This document shows, one piece after another, positions 11,461-23,418 of a DNA stretch of 64,000 bases. The translations under genes were made by a program, and so were the position numbers. The notes beneath the pieces were generated by a model. That model saw only the letters and a program-made list of their open reading frames with translations. It did not search any database and was not told where the DNA came from. Every line of letters begins with the position of its first letter. The stretch's first letter is position 1. This DNA is from Dendrobates tinctorius (taxonomy: Eukaryota), in the NCBI RefSeq assembly GCF_039654945.1, contig NW_027361722.1:4402001-4466000 (forward strand). Reading direction: 5' to 3'.

Positions 11461-14400
11461 TGCCTGTCTCTCCTTAGCACAGCGGTCAGCAACTCCGCCT
11501 GTCTCTCCTTAGCACAGCGGTCAGCATCTCTGCCTGTCTCTCCTTAGCACAGCGGTCAGCATCTCCGCCTGTCTCTCCTTAGCACAGCGGTCAGCATCTC
11601 CGCCTGTCTCTCCTTAGCACAGCGGTCAGCATCTCCGCCTGTCTCTCCTTAGCACAGCGGTCAGCATCTCCGCCTGTCTCTCCTTAGCACAGCGGTCAGC
11701 ATCTCCGCCTGTCTCTCCTTAGCACAGCGGTCAGCATCTCCGCCTGTCTCTCCTTAGCACAGCGGTCAGCATCTCCGCCTGTCTCTCCTTAGCACAGCGG
11801 TCAGCATCTCCGCCTGTCTCTCCTTAGCACAGCGGTCAGCATCTCCGCCTGTCTCTCCTTAGCACAGCGGTCAGCATCTCCGCCTGTCTCTCCTTAGCAC
11901 AGCGGTCAGCATCTCCGCCTGTCTCTCCTTAGCACAGCGGTCAGCATCTCCGCCTGTCTCTCCTTAGCACAGCGGTCAGCATCTCCGCCTGTCTCTCCTT
12001 AGCACAGCGGTCAGCATCTCCGCCTGTCCCTCCTTAGCACATTGGTCAATATCTCCACCTGTCTCTCCTTAGTACAGCAGTCAGCATCTCCGCCTGTCTC
12101 TCCTTAGCATAGCGGTCAGCATCTCCGCCTGTCTCTCCTTAGCAAAGCGGTCAGTATCTCCGCCTGTCTATCCTTAGCACATTGGTCAGCATCTCCACCT
12201 GTCTCTCCTTAGCACAGCGGTCAGCATCTCCACCTGTCTCTCCTTAGCACAATGGTCAGTATCTCTGCCTGTCTCTCCTTAGTACAGCAGTCAGTATCTC
12301 TGCCTCTCTCCTTAGTACAGCGGTCAATATCTCCGCCTGTCTCTCCTTAGCACATTGGTCAATATCTCCACCTGTCTCTCCTTAGTACAGCAGTCAGCAT
12401 CTCCGCCTGTCTCTCCTTAGCATAGCGGTCAGCATCTCCGCCTGTCTCTCCTTAGCAAAGCGGTCAGTATCTCCGCCTGTCTCTCCTTAGCACATTGGTC
12501 AGTATCTCCGTCTGTCTCTACTTAGCACAGTCAGTCAGTATCTCCTCCTGTCTCTCCTTAGCACATTGGTCAGTATCTCCGCCTGTCTCTCCTTAGCACA
12601 TTGGTCAGTATCTCCTCCTGTCTCTCCTTAGTACAGCGGTCCGTATCTCCGCCTGTCTCTCCTTAGTACAGCGGTCCGTATCTCCGCCTGTCTCTCCTTA
12701 GTACAGCGGTCAGTATCTCCTCCTGTCTCTCCTTAGCATATTGGTCAGTATCTCCTCCTGTCTCTCCTTAGTACAGCGGTCAATATCTCCGCCTGTCTCT
12801 CCTTAGCACATTGGTCAATATCTCCACCTGTCTCTCCTTAGTACAGCAGTCAGCATCTCCGCCTGTCTCTCCTTAGCATAGCGGTCAGCATCTCCGCCTG
12901 TCTCTCCTTAGCAAAGCGGTCAGTATCTCCGCCTGTCTATCCTTAGCACATTGGTCAGCATCTCCACCTGTCTCTCCTTAGCACAGCGGTCAGCATCTCC
13001 ACTTGTCTCTCCTTAGCACAATGGTCAGTATCTCTGCCTGTCTCTCCTTAGCACAATGGTCAGTATCTCTGCCTGTCTCTCCTTAGCACATTGGTCAGTA
13101 TCTCCGCCTGTCTCTCCTTAGCACATTGGTCAGTATCTCCTCCTGTCTCTCCTTAGTACAGCGGTCCGTATCTCCGCCTGTCTCTCCTTAGTACAGCGGT
13201 CCGTATCTCCGCCTGTCTCTCCTTAGTACAGCGGTCCGTATCTCCGCCTGTCTCTCCTTAGTACAGCGGTCAGTATCTCCTCCTGTCTCTCCTTAGCATA
13301 TTGGTCAGTATCTCCTCGTCTCTCCTTAGTACAGCGGTCAGTATCTCCGCCTGTCTCTCCTTAGTACAGCGGTCCGTATCTCCGCCTGTCTCTCCTTAGT
13401 ACAGCGGTCCGTATCTCCGCCTGTCTCTCCTTAGTACAGCGGTCAGTATATCCGCCTGTCTCTCCTTAGTACAGCGGTCAGTATCTCCGCCTGTCTCTCC
13501 TTAGCACATTGGTCAGTATCTCTGCCTGTCTCTCCTTAGCACAGTCAGTATCTCCTCCTGTCTCTCCTTAGCAGTCAGTCAGTATCTCCTCCTGTCTCTC
13601 CTTAGCACAGTCAGTCAGTATCTCCTCCTGTCTCTCCTTAGCACAGTCAGTCAGTATCTCCGCCTGTCTCTCCTTAGTACAGCGGTCAGTATCTCTGCCT
13701 GTCTCTCCTTAGCACAGTCAGTCAGTATCTCCGCCTGTCTCTCCTTAGTACAGCGGTCAGTATCTCCACCTGTCTCTCCTTAGTACAGCGGTCAGTATCT
13801 CCGCCTGTCTCTCCTTAGCACAGTCAGTATCTCTGCCTGTCTCTCCTTAGTACAGCAGTCAGTATCTCTGCCTGTCTCTCCTTAGCACATTGGTCAGTAT
13901 CTCTGCCTGTCTCTCCTTAGCACAATGGTCAGTATCTCTGCCTGTCTCTCCTTAGCACATTGGTCAGTATCTCCGCCTGTCTCTCCTTAGCACATTGGTC
14001 AGTATCTCCTCCTGTCTCTCCTTAGTACAGCGGTCCGTATCTCCGCCTGTCTCTCCTTAGTACAGCGGTCCGTATCTCCGCCTGTCTCTCCTTAGTACAG
14101 CGGTCCGTATCTCCGCCTGTCTCTCCTTAGTACAGCGGTCAGTATCTCCTCCTGTCTCTCCTTAGCATATTGGTCAGTATCTCCTCGTCTCTCCTTAGTA
14201 CAGCGGTCAGTATCTCCGCCTGTCTCTCCTTAGTACAGCGGTCCGTATCTCCGCCTGTCTCTCCTTAGTACAGCGGTCCGTATCTCCGCCTGTCTCTCCT
14301 TAGTACAGCGGTCCGTATCTCCGCCTGTCTCTCCTTAGTACAGTGGTCAGTATCTCCGCCTGTCTCTCCTTAGTACAGTGGTCAGTATCTCCGCCTGTCT

Positions 14401-15565
14401 CTCCTTAGCACATTGGTCAGTATCTCCGCCTGTCTCTCCTTAGCAAAGCGGTCAGAATCTCCGCCTGTCTATCCTTAGCACATTGGTCAGTATCTCCGTC
14501 TGTCTCTCCTTAGCACAGTCAGTATCTCCTCCTGTCTCTCCTTAGCAGTCAGTCAGTATCTCCTCCTGTCTCTCCTTAGCACAGTCAGTCAGTATCTCCG
14601 CCTGTCTCTCCTTAGTACAGCGGTCAGTATCTCCGCCTGTCTCTCCTTAGCACAGTCAGTCAGTATCTCCGCCTGTCTCTCCTTAGTACAGCGGTCAGTA
14701 TCTCCACCTGTCTCTCCTTAGTACAGCGGTCAGTATCTCCGCCTGTCTCTCCTTAGCACAGTCAGTATCTCTGCCTGTCTCTCCTTAGTACAGCAGTCAG
14801 TATCTCTGCCTGTCTCTCCTTAGCACAGTAAGTATCTCCGCCTGTCTCTCCTTAGCACATTGGTCAGTATCTCCGCCAGTCTCTCCTTAGCACATTGGTC
14901 AGTATCTCTGCCTGTCTCTCCTTAGCACAGCGGTCAGTATCTCTGCCTGTCTCTCCTTAGCACAGCGGTCAGTATCTCCGCCTGTCTCTCCTTAGCACAG
15001 CGGTCAGTATCTCCGCCTGTCTCTCCTTAGCACAGCGGTCAGTATCTCCGCCTGTCTCTCCTTAGCACAGCGGTCAGTATCTCCGCCTGTCTCTCCTTAG
15101 CACAGCGGTCAGCATCTCCGCCTGTCTCTCCTTAGCACAGCAGTCAGCATCTCCGCCTGTCTCTCCTTAGCACATTGGTCAGTATCTCCGCCAGTCTCTC
15201 CTTAGCACATTGGTCAGTATCTCCGCCAGTCTCTCCTTAGCACATTGGTCAGTATCTCCGCCAGTCTCTCCTTAGCACAGCGGTCAGTATCTCCGCCAGT
15301 CTCTCCTTAGCACAGCGGTCAGTATCTCCGCCAGTCTCTCCTTAGCACAGCGGTCAGTATCTCCGCCTGTCTCTCCTTAGCACATTGGTCAGTATCTCCG
15401 CCTGTCTCTCCTTAGCACAGCGGTCAGTATCTCCGCCTGTCTCTCCTTAGCACAGCGGTCAGTATCTCCGCCTGTCTCTCCTTAGTACAGCGGTCAGTAT
15501 CTCCGCCTGTCTCTCCTTAGTACAGCGGTCAGCATCTCCGCCTGTCTCTCCTTAGCACAACGGTG
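11461..15565. repeat. 35-bp tandem satellite (~115 units) filling a USF3 intron
   Basis: Unit AGCACAGCGGTCAG(C/T)ATCTCCGCCTGTCTCTCCTT, head to tail, with variant units and block duplications. Confidence 0.97.
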
Positions 15566-15655
15566 AGCATTTGCCGGTTTTCCTGGGTTTGACCTTACAC
15601 ATTGTAGTCGCTTGCCTCCGTCAGAACTGGCTGAGACTACAGATGACGCTATTAC

Positions 15656-15738
15656 CTGCTTTAGGGCGGGAGAGCAGGGGATGAGGTCTCCGATCCGATT
15701 GATCCCAGAGTTTATTTTCTTCTTCCTATGTCTTTCCA
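15656..15738 (-). CDS. USF3: USF3 coding exon 3 (83 nt; basic region/helix 1)
   Basis: (V)ERHRKKKINSGINRIGDLIPCSPALKQ; acceptor ttttag, donor gtaata. Confidence 0.96.
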
Positions 15739-16416
15739 CTAAAAGAAATAAAAAACAAAGCAAAAAAAAACCTTGGGCTTGTCTGCAGGAGATTTGGAGC
15801 TTTGTGTCAGAAAATCCAATGTCCGACATCCATAAAAATATAATTTTAAAATAATGTTAAACACCCCTGGTGAGAGCTGACGGCAGCTGACGAGCCATGA
15901 CTGGCATAGCTGTATGCCACTCAGGACCTTCTCTTAGCCCCGCACCTTCCTTCCCATGGGGGTCTCCCAATCTCACCACTATGGCCGGCGTCAGACCACC
16001 TACGAGCACAGAGGTGGCAGTGCATCAGTCAGTTCTCCCCAATCAGTGCTATGGGAATATATGATCGGCGAGCTACGTGACCGCTCCCCTCACTGGTGGT
16101 CGGACGCCGGATGGGGCAGGGGATTCGGGGCTCTCGGGAGAGGAGCCGGGTTCAGAAGTGGACCCTCACCTATCAGACATTTATGATAGAGCCTAAAATG
16201 ACTTCACCATACATCCCCTTTAAAACCTACAATTAGGAGATCTCTCACCAAAACTGGAACCATGCAGCGGAGGCAGCCTCAATCCCGTCCCCTCTCAGGC
16301 TTATAAAAATCCCCTATCGAAAATGTGACAGAACCCCAGGAACGAACAGCTAAGAAAACAGGTGGACGCCACGTGTAATCAACTTTATAGACAATTTTTG
16401 GTCTTGGGTGGAAATA

Positions 16417-16473
16417 CCAGACGCATCGCTTACCCCCAGACGCATCGCTTACCCCCAGACGCATCGCTTACCC
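16417..16473. repeat. Three perfect 19-bp tandem copies that include the exon donor site
   Basis: (CCAGACGCATCGCTTACCC)x3 at 16417-16435, 16436-16454 and 16455-16473. Confidence 0.95.
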
Positions 16474-16500
16474 TCATTGTGGCTCTCACGGTTTTTCTTT
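16472..16500 (-). CDS. USF3: USF3 coding exon 2 (29-nt micro-exon)
   Basis: catcag|AAAGAAAAACCGTGAGAGCCACAATGAGG|gtaagc encodes (R)KKNRESHNE(V) and keeps frame between exons 1 and 3. Confidence 0.93.
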
Positions 16501-16733
16501 CTGATGAAGAAAACAAAGTAAATTTATCGGATAAGTCACAAATAAATTATCACAAGGCGACGAAAGCGCAAAGCAAAGAAATTACTACAAGACACAATCC
16601 ACAGAAGTGACTCCAAACTAAGACTAGCCAGCGACCAAAAAGCCACAACACTCCTAGTCTGCTGTCAGGGGAGGCTGCACCGGACACTCCCATAAGAGTC
16701 TGACATGACCTGTCCACTGTGGGGTGCTCTTAC

Positions 16734-16780
16734 CTATGCTTGGATTTATTAGGACTTGCATTCTGAGTCATCTCCGGCAT
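16734..16780 (-). CDS. USF3: USF3 first coding exon (47 coding nt; exon begins ~16802)
   Basis: ATG CCG GAG ATG ACT = MPEMTQNASPNKSKH(R); donor gtaaga, acceptor cttgcag at 16803. Exon sum 47+29+83+97+6182 = 6438 nt = 2145 aa + stop. Confidence 0.93.
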
Positions 16781-16861
16781 TCTTATATCCAAGGACGGGT
16801 CACTGCAAGGAAGGAAGGAGAGTGAGAAAATAATCACAGACACCAAATCCAACAGTAGCCA

Positions 16862-17265
16862 ATGTATGTACACAGTGACTGCACCAGCAGAATAGTGAGT
16901 AGAGCTCTGGGGTATAATACAGGATGTAACTCAGGATCAGTAATGTATGTACACAGTGACTGCACCAGCAGAATAGTGAGTGCCGCTCTGGAGTATAATA
17001 CAGGATGTAACTCAGGATCAGTAATGTAATGTATGTACACAGTGACTGCACCAACAGAATAGTGAGTGCAGCTCTGGAGTATAATACAGGATGTAACTCA
17101 GGATCAGTACTGTATGTACACAGTGACTGCACCAGCAGAATAGTGAGTGCAGCTCTGGGGTATAATACAGGATGTAACTCAGGATCAGTAATGTAATGTA
17201 TGTACACAGTGACTGCACCAACAGAAAAGTGAGTACAGCTCTGGAGCATAATACAGGATGTAACT
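16862..17265 (-). repeat. ~5 tandem copies of the ~81-bp repeat (array resumes at 19312-19408)
   Basis: Same unit as 33974-35480 in opposite orientation; breaks at GATGTAACT and resumes at AACTCAGGATCAG after the inserted elements. Confidence 0.9.
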
Positions 17266-17282
17266 GACCCAACCTCGCCTCC

Positions 17283-17590
17283 TTAGGCTGGTTTTTTGCG
17301 CTGCTTTTTAGCGCAAAAAAACACATGCGTTTTTCCCCCTAAACTTTAACATGGGTGCGCATACATATGCGCACGTACGCGTTTGCATGCGCATGCGTTA
17401 TTTTGCAGTGTGCGCTCGGGCGCACAAAATGCATCCTGTTGCATTTTTTGTGCGTCCGACTTGCCCGAAAAAAACGCATGCGCACGCAATACGTTTTTTT
17501 ACAGCAAAACACCCATTAAAGTCTATGGGTGCGCACGTATGCGCCAAAAAACGCAAGCTTTTTAAAAAAAAAAAAAAAAAAAAATGCACC
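17283..17590. mobile_element. Degenerate Harbinger-type MITE fragment
   Basis: Starts TTA GGCTGG...; made of AAAACGCA/TGCGTTTT inverted subrepeats like the other MITEs; right TIR not found. Confidence 0.45.
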
Positions 17591-17665
17591 TGTAGACTCT
17601 GAGCCCTCGCGGGCAGGGCTTCCTTATGTACTTGTGTGTCCCTTGTCTTACACATGTTTATTATA

Positions 17666-19230
17666 CAGTCATGGCCAAAAGTTTTGAGAATGACACAAAT
17701 ATTAATTTTTACAAAGTCTACTGCTTCATTTTTTCTAATGGCAATTTGCATATACTCCAGAATGTTATAAAGAGTGATCAGCTTAACAGCAATTACTTGC
17801 AAAGTCAATATTTGCCTAGAAAATGAACTTTATCCCCCAAAACACATTTCAACATCATTGCAGCCCTGCCTTAAAAGGACCAGCTAACATCGTTTCAGTG
17901 ATTGCTCCATTAACACAGGTGTGGGTGTTGATGAGGACAGTGCTGGAGATCAATCTGTCATGATTAAGTAAGAATGACACCACTGGAAACTTTAAAAGGA
18001 GGCTGGTGCTTGGCATCATTGTTTCTCTTCTGTTAACCATGGTTATCTCTAAAGAAACACGTGCAGTCATCATTGCACTGCACAAAAATGGCCTAACAGG
18101 GAAGAGTATCGCAGCTAGAAAGATTGCACCTCAGTCAACAATCTATCACATCATCAAGAACTTCAAGGAGAGAGGTTCCCTTGTTGCCAAAAAGGCTCCA
18201 GGGCGCCCAAGAAAGACCAGCAAGCGCCAGGATCGTCTCTTAAAAGTGTTTCAGCTGCGGGATCGAGCTGCCAGCAGTGCAGAGCTTGCTCAGGAATGGC
18301 AGCAGGCAGGTGTGAGTGCATCTGCACGCACTGTGAGGCGGAGACTCTTGGAGCAAGGCCTGGTCTCAAGGAGGGCAGCAAAGAAGCCACTTCTCTCTAG
18401 GAAAAACATCATGGACAGACTGATATTCTGCAAGAGGTACAGGGAGTGGACTGCTGAGGACTGGGGTAAAGTCATTTTCTCTGATGAATCCCCTTTTCGA
18501 TTGTTTGGGACATCTGGAAAACGGCTTATTCGGAGAAGACCAGGTGAGCGCTACCACCAGTCTTGTCTCATGCCAACTGTCAAGCATCCTGAAACCATTC
18601 ATGTGTGGGGTGGCTTCTCAGCCAAGGGAATGGGCTCTCTCTCAGTCTTGCCTAAAAACACAGCCATGAATAAAGAATGGTACCAGAATGTCCTCCAAGA
18701 GCAACTTCTCCCAACCGTCCAAGAGCAGTTTGGCGATCAACAATGCCTTTTTCAACATGATGGAGCACCTTGCCATAAAGCAAAGGTGATAACTAAATGG
18801 CTCAGGGAACAAAACAGAGATTTTGGGACCATGGCCTGGAAACTCCCCAGATCTTAATCCCATTGTGAACTTGTGGTTAATCATCAAGAGACGGGTGGAC
18901 AAACAAAAACCTTCAAATTCAGACAAAATAAAAACACTGATTTTGCAAGAATGGACTGCAATCAGTCAGGATTTGATCCAGAAGTTGATTGAGAGCATGC
19001 CAGGGAGAATTGCTGAGGTCCTGAAGAAGAAGGGTCAACACTGCAAATATTGACTTGCTGCATTATCTCATTCTAACTGTCAATATAACCTTTTGTTACT
19101 CATAATATGATTGCAATTATATTTCTGTATGTGAAAAAAACATCTGACAAACACACATAAAAACCAGAGGGCAGCAGATCATGTGAAAATATAATATTTG
19201 TCTCATTCTCAAAACTTTTGGCCATGACTG
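17666..19230 (+). mobile_element. Full-length Tc1/mariner DNA transposon (1565 bp)
   Basis: TIRs CAGTCATGGCCAAAAGTTTTGAGAATGA / TCATTCTCAAAACTTTTGGCCATGACTG, with TA duplication on both sides. Confidence 0.96.
18039..19053 (+). pseudogene. Tc1 DD34E transposase, inactivated
   Basis: HTH + GRPRKTS, VIFSDES, FQHDGAPCH; frameshift near 18815; SPDLNPIVNLW has V where the catalytic E of SPDLNPIENLW is expected. Confidence 0.92.
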
Positions 19231-19534
19231 TACTTGTCTATATTTCCCCTTTTCACATGTAAAGCGCCATGGAATAAATGGCGCTATATAAATGCATAAT
19301 AATAATAACAACAACTCAGGATCAGTAATGTAATGTATGTACACAGTGACTGCATCAGCAGAATAGTGAGTGCAGCTCTGGGGAATACAGGATGTAACTC
19401 AGGATCAGAACAGTATTCGGTGGTCTTGCATCTACAGCACAAACTGGACATGTCTGATCGGGGTACAGTGATCACAGATTACAAGGTTACCATAACTCCC
19501 TCCTCGCACTGACACTGCACCAGGATGTCCTCAC

Positions 19535-19643
19535 CTCTATCGTTGGGCCTGGACGTATCTCACTCCGGCTTCGCCGTCCTCCTCTCCGTCACCTCCCGCT
19601 TCTCGTGGCAGATGAGTCTTCTCATCCCTCATCCTACTGAGCA
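19535..19643 (-). other. USF3: Probable non-coding (5' UTR) USF3 exon
   Basis: Poly-T tract + ctattag acceptor and GAG|gtgagg donor in unique purine-rich sequence between the promoter and first coding exon; inferred from splice signals only. Confidence 0.55.
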
Positions 19644-19769
19644 CTAATAGAAAAAAAAAAAAAAAAAAAAGACGTCAGGAGATGAAAGTGCAAAAGCGGA
19701 GCCTGGGTCAGGAGACTGCTGTGCCGAACATCCCAGGGCAGAAATCTACGTCCAAACTCTGCAAACTCT

Positions 19770-20891
19770 GTAGAATAAAAACATTCACAGCCGGTCCCCC
19801 CCCTCACACCTGTATAATAAAAACAATCACAGCCGGTCCCCCCCCCCCCCCTCACACCTGTATAATAATAACAATCACAGCCGGTCTCCCCCCCTCACAC
19901 CTGTATAATAATAACAATCACAGCCGGTCCCCCCCCCTCACACCTGTAAAATAATAATAATCACAGCCGGTCCCCCCCCCTCACACCTGTATAATAATAA
20001 CAATCACAGCCGGTCCCCCCCCCCCTCACACCTGTATAATAACAATCACAGCCGATCCCCCCCCCTCACACCTGTATAATAATTATAATAATAATAATAA
20101 TCACAGCCGGTCCCCCCCTCACACCTGTATAATAATTATAATAATAATAATCACAGCCGGTCCCCCCCCTCACACCTGTATAATAATAATAATCACAGCC
20201 GGTCCCCCCCTCACACCTGTATAATAATAATAATAATAATCACAGCCGGTCCCCCCCCCCTCACACCTGTATAATAACAATCACAGCCGGTCCCCCCCCC
20301 TCACACCTGTATAATAATTATAATAATAATAATCACAGCCGGTCCCCCCCCTCACACCTGTATAATAATAATAATAATCACAGCCGGTCCCCCCCCTCAC
20401 ACCTGTATAATAATAATATTCACAGCCGGTCCCCCCCCCCCCCACACCTGTATAATAATAATATTCACAGCCGGTCCCCCCCCCCCCACACCTGTATAAT
20501 AATAACAATCACAGCCGGTCCCCCCCTCACACCTGTATAATAATATCAATCACAGCCGGCCCCCCCCCCTCACACCTGTATAATAATAATAATAACAATC
20601 ACAGCCGGTCCCCCCCCCCCTCACACCTGTATAATAATAACAATCACAGCCGGTCCCCCCCCTCACACCTGTATAATAATATCAATCACAGCCGGCCCCC
20701 CCCCTCACACCTGTATAATAATAATAATAATAACAATCACAGCCGGTCCCCCCCCCTCACACCTGTATAATAATAACAATCACAGCCAGTCCCCCCCCTC
20801 ACACCTGTATAATAATAACAATCACAGCCGGCCCCCCCTCACACCTGTATAATAATAACAATCACAGCCGGTCCCCCCCCCCTCACACCTG

Positions 20892-20929
<38 letters not shown>

Positions 20930-21047
20930 TCACAGCCGGTCCCCCCCCTCACACCTGTATTATAATAACAACAATCACAGCCGGTCCCCCCCTCACACCT
21001 GTATAATAATAACAACAATCACAGCCGGTCCCCCCCCCTCACACCTG

Positions 21048-21085
<38 letters not shown>

Positions 21086-21243
21086 TCACAGCCGGTCCCC
21101 CCCCCTCACACCTGTATTATAATAACAACAATCACAGCCGGTCCCCCCCTCACACCTGTATAATAATAATAACAATCACAGCCGGTCCCCCCCCTCACAC
21201 CTGTATAATAATAATCACAGCCTGTCCCCCCGTCTCAAACCTG

Positions 21244-21282
<39 letters not shown>

Positions 21283-21890
21283 CACAGCCGGTCCCCCCCT
21301 CACACCTGTATAATAATAATAACAATCACAGCCGGTCCCCCCCTCACACCTGTATAATAACAATCACAGCCGGTCCCCCCCTCACACCTGTATAATAATA
21401 ATAACAATCACAGCCGGTCCCCCCCCTCACACCTGTATAATAACAATCACAGCCGGTCCCCCCCCCACACCTGTATAATAATAATAATAACAATCACAGC
21501 CGGCCCCCCCCCCTCACACCTGTATAATAATAATAACAATCACAGCCGGTCCCCCCCCCTCACACCTGTATAATAATAACAATCACACCCGGTCCCCCCC
21601 CCTCACACCTGTATAATAATAATAATCACAGCCGGTCCCCCCCCTCACGCCTGTATAATAATAACAATCACAGCCGGTCCCCCCCCTCACGCCTGTATAA
21701 TAATAACAATCACAGCCGGTCCCCCCCCCCCTCACGCCTGTATAATAATAACAATCACAGCCGGTCCCCCCCCCCCTCACGCCTGTATAATAATAACAAT
21801 CACAGCCGGTCCCCCCCCTCACACCTGTATAATAATAATAATAATAATAATAACAACAACAATCATCACAGCCGTTCCCCCTCACACCTG

Positions 21891-21929
<39 letters not shown>

Positions 21930-23373
21930 CACAGCCGGTCCCCCCCCCTCACACCTGTATAATAATAATAATCACAGCCGGTCACCCCCTCACACCTGTA
22001 TAATAATAATTTTCTCAGCCGGTCCCCCCCCCTGTATAATAACAATCACAGCCGGTCTCCCCCCTCACACCTGTATAATAATAATAATCACAGCCGGTCC
22101 CCCCCCCCCCCACACCTGTATAATAATAACAACAATCACAGCCGGTCCCCCCCCCTCACACCTGTATAATAATAACAATCACAGCCGGTCCCCCCTCACA
22201 CCTGTATAATAATAACAATCACAGCCGGTCCGTCCCCCCTCACACCTGTATAATAATAACAATCACAGCCGGTCCCCCCCCCTCACACCTGTATAATAAC
22301 AATCACAGCCGGTCCCCCCCCCTCACACCTGTATAATAACAATCACAGCCGGTCCCCCCCCTCACACCTGTATAATAACAATCACAGCCGGTCTCCCCCC
22401 TCACACCTGTATAATAATAATAACAATCACAGCCGGTCCCCCCCCCCACACCTGTATAATAACAATCACAGCCGGCCCCCCCCCTCACACCTGTATAATA
22501 ACAATCACAGCCGGTCTCCCCCTTCACACCTGTATACTAATAATAATAATCACAGCCGGTCCCCCCCCCTCACACCTGTATAATAACAATCACAGCCGGT
22601 CTCCCCCTTCACACCTGTATACTAATAATAATAATCACAGCCGGTCCCCCCCCCTCACACCTGTATAATAACAATCACAGCCGGTCCCCCCCTCACACCT
22701 GCATAATAATAATCACAGCCGGTCCCCCCCCCTCACACCTGTATAATAACAACAATCACAGCCGGTCCCCCCTCACACCTGTATAATAATAACAATCACA
22801 GCCGGCCCATCCCCCCTCACACCTGTATAATAATAACAATCACAGCCGGTCCCCCCCCCTCACACCTGTATAATAACAATCACAGCCGGTCCCCCCCCCC
22901 TCACACCTGTATAATAACAATCACAGCCGGTCCCCCCCCCCCCCCCCCACACCTGTATAATAACAATCACAGCCGGTCCCCCCCCCACACCTGTATAATA
23001 ATAATAATAACAATCACAGCCGGCCCCCCCCCCTCACACCTGTATAATAATAATAACAATCACAGCCGGTCCCCCCCCCTCACACCTGTATAATAATAAC
23101 AATCACAGCCGGTCCCCCCCCCTCACGCCTGTATAATAATAACAATCACAGCCGGTCCCCCCCCTCACGCCTGTATAATAATAACAATCACAGCCGGTCC
23201 CCCCCCCCCCCTCACGCCTGTATAATAATAACAATCACAGCCGGTCCCCCCCCCCCTCACGCCTGTATAATAATAACAATCACAGCCGGTCCCCCCCCTC
23301 ACACCTGTATAATAATAATAATAATAATAACAACAACAACAACAATCATCACAGCCGTTCCCCCTCACACCTG

Positions 23374-23418
<45 letters not shown>

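Larger units (their letters stand above)
17590..19311 (+). mobile_element. L2-like LINE 3' tail split by the Tc1 element
   Basis: TGTAGACTCTGAGCCCTCGCGGGCAGGG (17591) joins across the Tc1 to GTAAAGCGCCATGGAATAAATGGCGCTATATAAA plus (AAT)n (19259-19311); same terminal motif as 2405-2449. Confidence 0.65.

Noticed and set aside
11461-15565. CRISPR-like array of ~35-bp repeats
   Set aside because: Units abut with no unique spacers, there are no cas genes, and the context is a vertebrate intron.
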